Assembly (NCBI GenBank): GCA_046052125.1
Contig: JBJOMY010000002.1
Coordinates: forward strand, 448,001-512,000
Source: Cyanobacteriota bacterium
Lineage (GTDB): Bacteria > Cyanobacteriota > Cyanobacteriia > PCC-6307 > Cyanobiaceae
DNA length: 64,000 bases
Direction: 5' to 3'
Shown: positions 61,181 to 64,000 of the stretch, piece by piece
How the letters are laid out: every line of letters begins with the position of its first letter
Numbering within the stretch: the stretch's first letter is position 1
Notes under the pieces: generated by a model
Told to the model about the DNA's origin: nothing
Databases searched by the model: none
Seen by the model: only the letters and a program-made list of their open reading frames with translations
Position numbers and translations under genes: made by a program

Positions 61181-61914
61181 TAATTCGGGGCTTGCTCAAC
61201 GGCCAGCTGCTGACTCTGCCGAAGCTGAACCAGGCCTGCCTCGGCCAGATCCAGCAGCCCGTTGAGCTGTTGGCGTGAAAACGGTGCCCCCTCCGCGGTG
61301 CCCTGCACCTCCAGCAGTTGCGCCTGGCTGTTCATCACCACATTGAGGTCCACCTCGGCGCGGCTGTCTTCGCTGTAGTCGAGATCCAGCAGCGCTGCTC
61401 CATCCACTAGCCCCACCGACACGGCCGCCACCTGCTCCAGCAGTGGTGATCTGTTCAGCGTGCCGCGCTGCTCCAGTCGCCGCAGTCCCACTGCCAGGGC
61501 CGCCCAGGCGCCGGTGATGGAGGCGGTGCGCGTGCCGGCATCGGCTTGCAGCACATCGCAGTCGATGTGCAGGCTGCGCTCGCCCAGTGCTTCCAGATCC
61601 AGGCAGGCCCGGAGGCTGCGGGCGATCAGGCGTTGGATCTCCTGGGTGCGCCCCGAGAGCTTCATCAGCTCCCTGGGCTGGCGGCTCGGGGTGCTGGCCG
61701 GCAGCAGCCGGTAATCGGCGCTCAACCAGCCCTTGCCCGATCCCTGGCGCCACTTCGGCACGCTCTCTTCCAGGCAGACACTGCAGATCACGGAGGTGCG
61801 GCCGGTGTGCACCGTCACGGAGCTCAGGGCAAAGCCCATCGGATCCCAGCTGAAGCGGGTGGGGCGCAGCTCACTGGCGGTGCGCCCGTCACGGCGGATC
61901 AGGGCGGCGGACAT
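61180..61914 (-). CDS. rph: Ribonuclease PH
   Basis: RRDGR...ELRP, SGRTQEIQRLIARSLRA, DCDVLQADAGTRTASITG, DLDYSEDS, EVQGTAE. Confidence 0.95.
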   Translation of the reverse strand: MSAALIRRDGRTASELRPTRFSWDPMGFALSSVTVHTGRTSVICSVCLEESVPKWRQGSGKGWLSADYRLLPASTPSRQPRELMKLSGRTQEIQRLIARSLRACLDLEALGERSLHIDCDVLQADAGTRTASITGAWAALAVGLRRLEQRGTLNRSPLLEQVAAVSVGLVDGAALLDLDYSEDSRAEVDLNVVMNSQAQLLEVQGTAEGAPFSRQQLNGLLDLAEAGLVQLRQSQQLAVEQAPN

Positions 61915-61958
61915 GACGGTGGCCTCGGCGTGCGGTGGCTCGATGGTACGGGTGTTTT

Positions 61959-62015
61959 CCACTACAGGTAGTGGTGAATGCTTGCTCGGCGGTCCGACGC
62001 CGCTACATTCAGGAT
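61959..62015. promoter_or_regulatory. Tandem NrdR-box-like sites
   Basis: CCACTACAGGTAGTGG (61959-61974) and weaker CCGCTACATTCAGGAT (62000-62015), starts 41 bp apart. Confidence 0.55.
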
Positions 62016-62036
62016 CCAACGTGGCGGCCAGCGGAG

Positions 62037-62657
62037 ATGACGGCGAGCATTGCAGCCCTTCCCGGCGGCGGCGCCAGCGGTCCTTTCCGCCCCGGTCATC
62101 GCTCCGCTGCGTCACGGGCCTTCAATGCCCCAGCGGCGCCTGCTGTGCGCAGTCTGCGATTGGTGGCTCAGCAGGAAGGTCTGCTCCAGGTGCACACGGC
62201 ACCCTTCCGCGGCAGCTTCAGCGGTGTGTTCAGCCAGGCGCTGCGTAGCGCCGGCTTGGGCAGCCGTGTGTTGATCAGCCAGTTTCTCAAGGGAGGGGTG
62301 GATCAGGGCCTTGAGCGCAGTGTTTGGCTGTGCGGGCGATTGCAGTGGCTGCGTCCGGCCGTGGCCGGTTGCCTGGGGGAGCCTGCCTCTGATGACGAGG
62401 CCGGCAGCGCCGATCGCGATGCGGTGAGAGAGATCTGGGCCTTCACGCGCGAGCAGATGCTGGCGGGCCAACTGGATCAGCTGGTGCTCGATGAGCTGGG
62501 TCTGGCGGTGGAGCTCGGCTATCTCGAGGAAGAAGAGGTGGTCGCTGCCCTTGATCAGCGCCCCAGCCATCTGGATGTGATCCTGACGGGGCCTGCCATG
62601 CCCGGCGCTCTGCTGGCCATGGCGGATCAGGTCACCCAGCTGCGCCGAGGTTTCTGA
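62037..62657 (+). CDS. CobO/BtuR-like cob(I)alamin adenosyltransferase homolog with degenerate P-loop
   Basis: ALRSAGLG.RVLISQFLKGG, LVLDELG, RPSHLDVILTG, ADQVTQLR; GGAG RBS. Confidence 0.8.
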   Translation: MTASIAALPGGGASGPFRPGHRSAASRAFNAPAAPAVRSLRLVAQQEGLLQVHTAPFRGSFSGVFSQALRSAGLGSRVLISQFLKGGVDQGLERSVWLCGRLQWLRPAVAGCLGEPASDDEAGSADRDAVREIWAFTREQMLAGQLDQLVLDELGLAVELGYLEEEEVVAALDQRPSHLDVILTGPAMPGALLAMADQVTQLRRGF

Positions 62658-63250
62658 TGCTCAAGAACGACCGTTGGATCAACGAGCAGGCCGTCCAGGG
62701 CATGCTCGAGCCGTTTCAGCCTCAGCTGGTGCGCCACCTCGATCCCGAGAACGGCGCCCAGCCGGTGCTCAGTTTCGGCTGCTCTTCCTATGGCTACGAC
62801 CTGCGCCTCTCATCCCAGGAATTCCTGATCTTCAAGCATGTGCCCGGCACGGTGATGAACCCGAAACGGTTCAATCCCGCCAACCTCGAGCAAGCGCCGC
62901 TCCACCACGACGACGACGGCGACTACTTCATCCTGCCGGCCCATTCCTATGGCCTGGGTGTGGCACTGGAGAAGATGCGGGTGCCCTCGAACATCACGGT
63001 GATCTGCCTGGGCAAGAGCACTTACGCGCGCCTTGGAATCATCGTGAACACCACGCCGGCCGAAGCCAGCTGGGAAGGGCACCTCACCTTGGAGTTCAGC
63101 AACTCTTCAGGAGCCGATTGCCGCATCTACGCCAACGAAGGCATTTGTCAGTTGCTGTTCTTTGAAGGCGATCCCTGCGAAACCACCTACCAAGACCGCG
63201 CCGGCAAGTACCAGAACCAACCCGAGCGGGTCACGCTGGCCAAGGTGTAA
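62657..63250 (+). CDS. dcd: dCTP deaminase
   Basis: SSYGYDLRL, GKSTYARLGI, WEGHLTLE, YANEGICQ, GKYQNQ. Confidence 0.95.
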   Translation: MLKNDRWINEQAVQGMLEPFQPQLVRHLDPENGAQPVLSFGCSSYGYDLRLSSQEFLIFKHVPGTVMNPKRFNPANLEQAPLHHDDDGDYFILPAHSYGLGVALEKMRVPSNITVICLGKSTYARLGIIVNTTPAEASWEGHLTLEFSNSSGADCRIYANEGICQLLFFEGDPCETTYQDRAGKYQNQPERVTLAKV

Positions 63251-63259
63251 AGCTCTGCG

Positions 63260-63982
63260 TTAGGGCGCCAAGCGTGCCTTGTGCAGTCGGCTCTTCTCGT
63301 ACCAGGCGGCGATTTCAGGGGCCCAGGCCTGCATGTGCGGCCACATCAGATCGCACAGCACCCGGATCTCCTCCTGGGCATCGAGCTTGGCGCGCAGGTC
63401 CATGAAGTGGAGAAACGCGCGCAGTGAGAAGCTCACCACGAAGTGCTGCCGGTAGTCGAAGGGGAGGATGCCGCGGGCATGCTCCTCAGCGAAGCCGGCG
63501 GCGAGCATGTCGCGGTAGCGCTCGGCTGCCAGACGGCACAGCTCCAGGTCCTTGGCGCGCTCCTCGGCTGTGTAGGCGTATTTCTTGCCTTGGCGATCGC
63601 TGTAGTTGCCTTCGGGGCGCAGATAGAACACCTCTTCCAGCTCGAGTTCGCCGTTGGCGGCTCGGCAGATGCGATCGCCCGTGTAACGCATGGACTGCAC
63701 ATCGAAGCTCACCCCCACCCGGTGGGTGCGGGCCTGCTGCATCACCGAGTGGGGGAACCAGCCCACGTTGAGCACGATCTGAGCGTGCTCGAGCGGTCCG
63801 TAGTGGCCGCGCTCTCCGGCGAGCAGGCGCTTTACGCAAATTTCACCGGCCTTGGCCTCATCGGGCCATTCGGCGCGATCGGCGGCCACGAACCCCTCGC
63901 TGTAGTCCTGGTGCATCGCGGCGTAGATGCACTGCTGAGGGTTGGGGGTGGCGGCGATCAGCTCAACCCGGAAGCGGTTCAT
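63260..63982 (-). CDS. thyX: FAD-dependent thymidylate synthase
   Basis: GHYGPLEH, QARTHRVGVSFDVQSMRY, EHARGILP, DLRAKLDAQEEIR. Confidence 0.95.
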   Translation of the reverse strand: MNRFRVELIAATPNPQQCIYAAMHQDYSEGFVAADRAEWPDEAKAGEICVKRLLAGERGHYGPLEHAQIVLNVGWFPHSVMQQARTHRVGVSFDVQSMRYTGDRICRAANGELELEEVFYLRPEGNYSDRQGKKYAYTAEERAKDLELCRLAAERYRDMLAAGFAEEHARGILPFDYRQHFVVSFSLRAFLHFMDLRAKLDAQEEIRVLCDLMWPHMQAWAPEIAAWYEKSRLHKARLAP

Positions 63983-64000
63983 GGGGTGAAGGCACCGGCG

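Noticed and set aside
4232..63678. HIP1 octamer GCGATCGC (about eleven copies noted by eye)
   Set aside because: Known cyanobacterial feature at modest density; not counted rigorously and no clustering apparent

Overview
High-GC window from a picocyanobacterium (Synechococcus/Cyanobium type). It is almost entirely conserved core-genome backbone: ndhKJ, chlD, folK, photolyase, fabI, hisB, pyrE, psbK, tgt, cobS, purH, ispH, sfsA, murJ, glyA, leuCD, psbI/N/H, pth, ntcA, rph, dcd and thyX, plus tRNA-CAT and tRNA-Arg(ACG). I saw no CRISPR array, integrase, transposase or prophage. Small accessory insertions are a degenerate Phd/PIN toxin-antitoxin pair, a split domain-inverted photolyase, a leader-only Nif11 peptide and a LysR-like gene where amt1 usually lies. 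The most unusual signal is a hairpin element with core GTGCGACCAC-N12/13-GTGGTCGCAC, present at two separate intergenic sites (7717-7758 and 15721-15771) with different but perfectly paired outer arms and similar flanks. Also notable are tandem NrdR-like boxes upstream of a P-loop-degenerate CobO-like gene and dcd, and an autoregulatory NtcA promoter. All calls come from motif recognition by eye; no searches were run.
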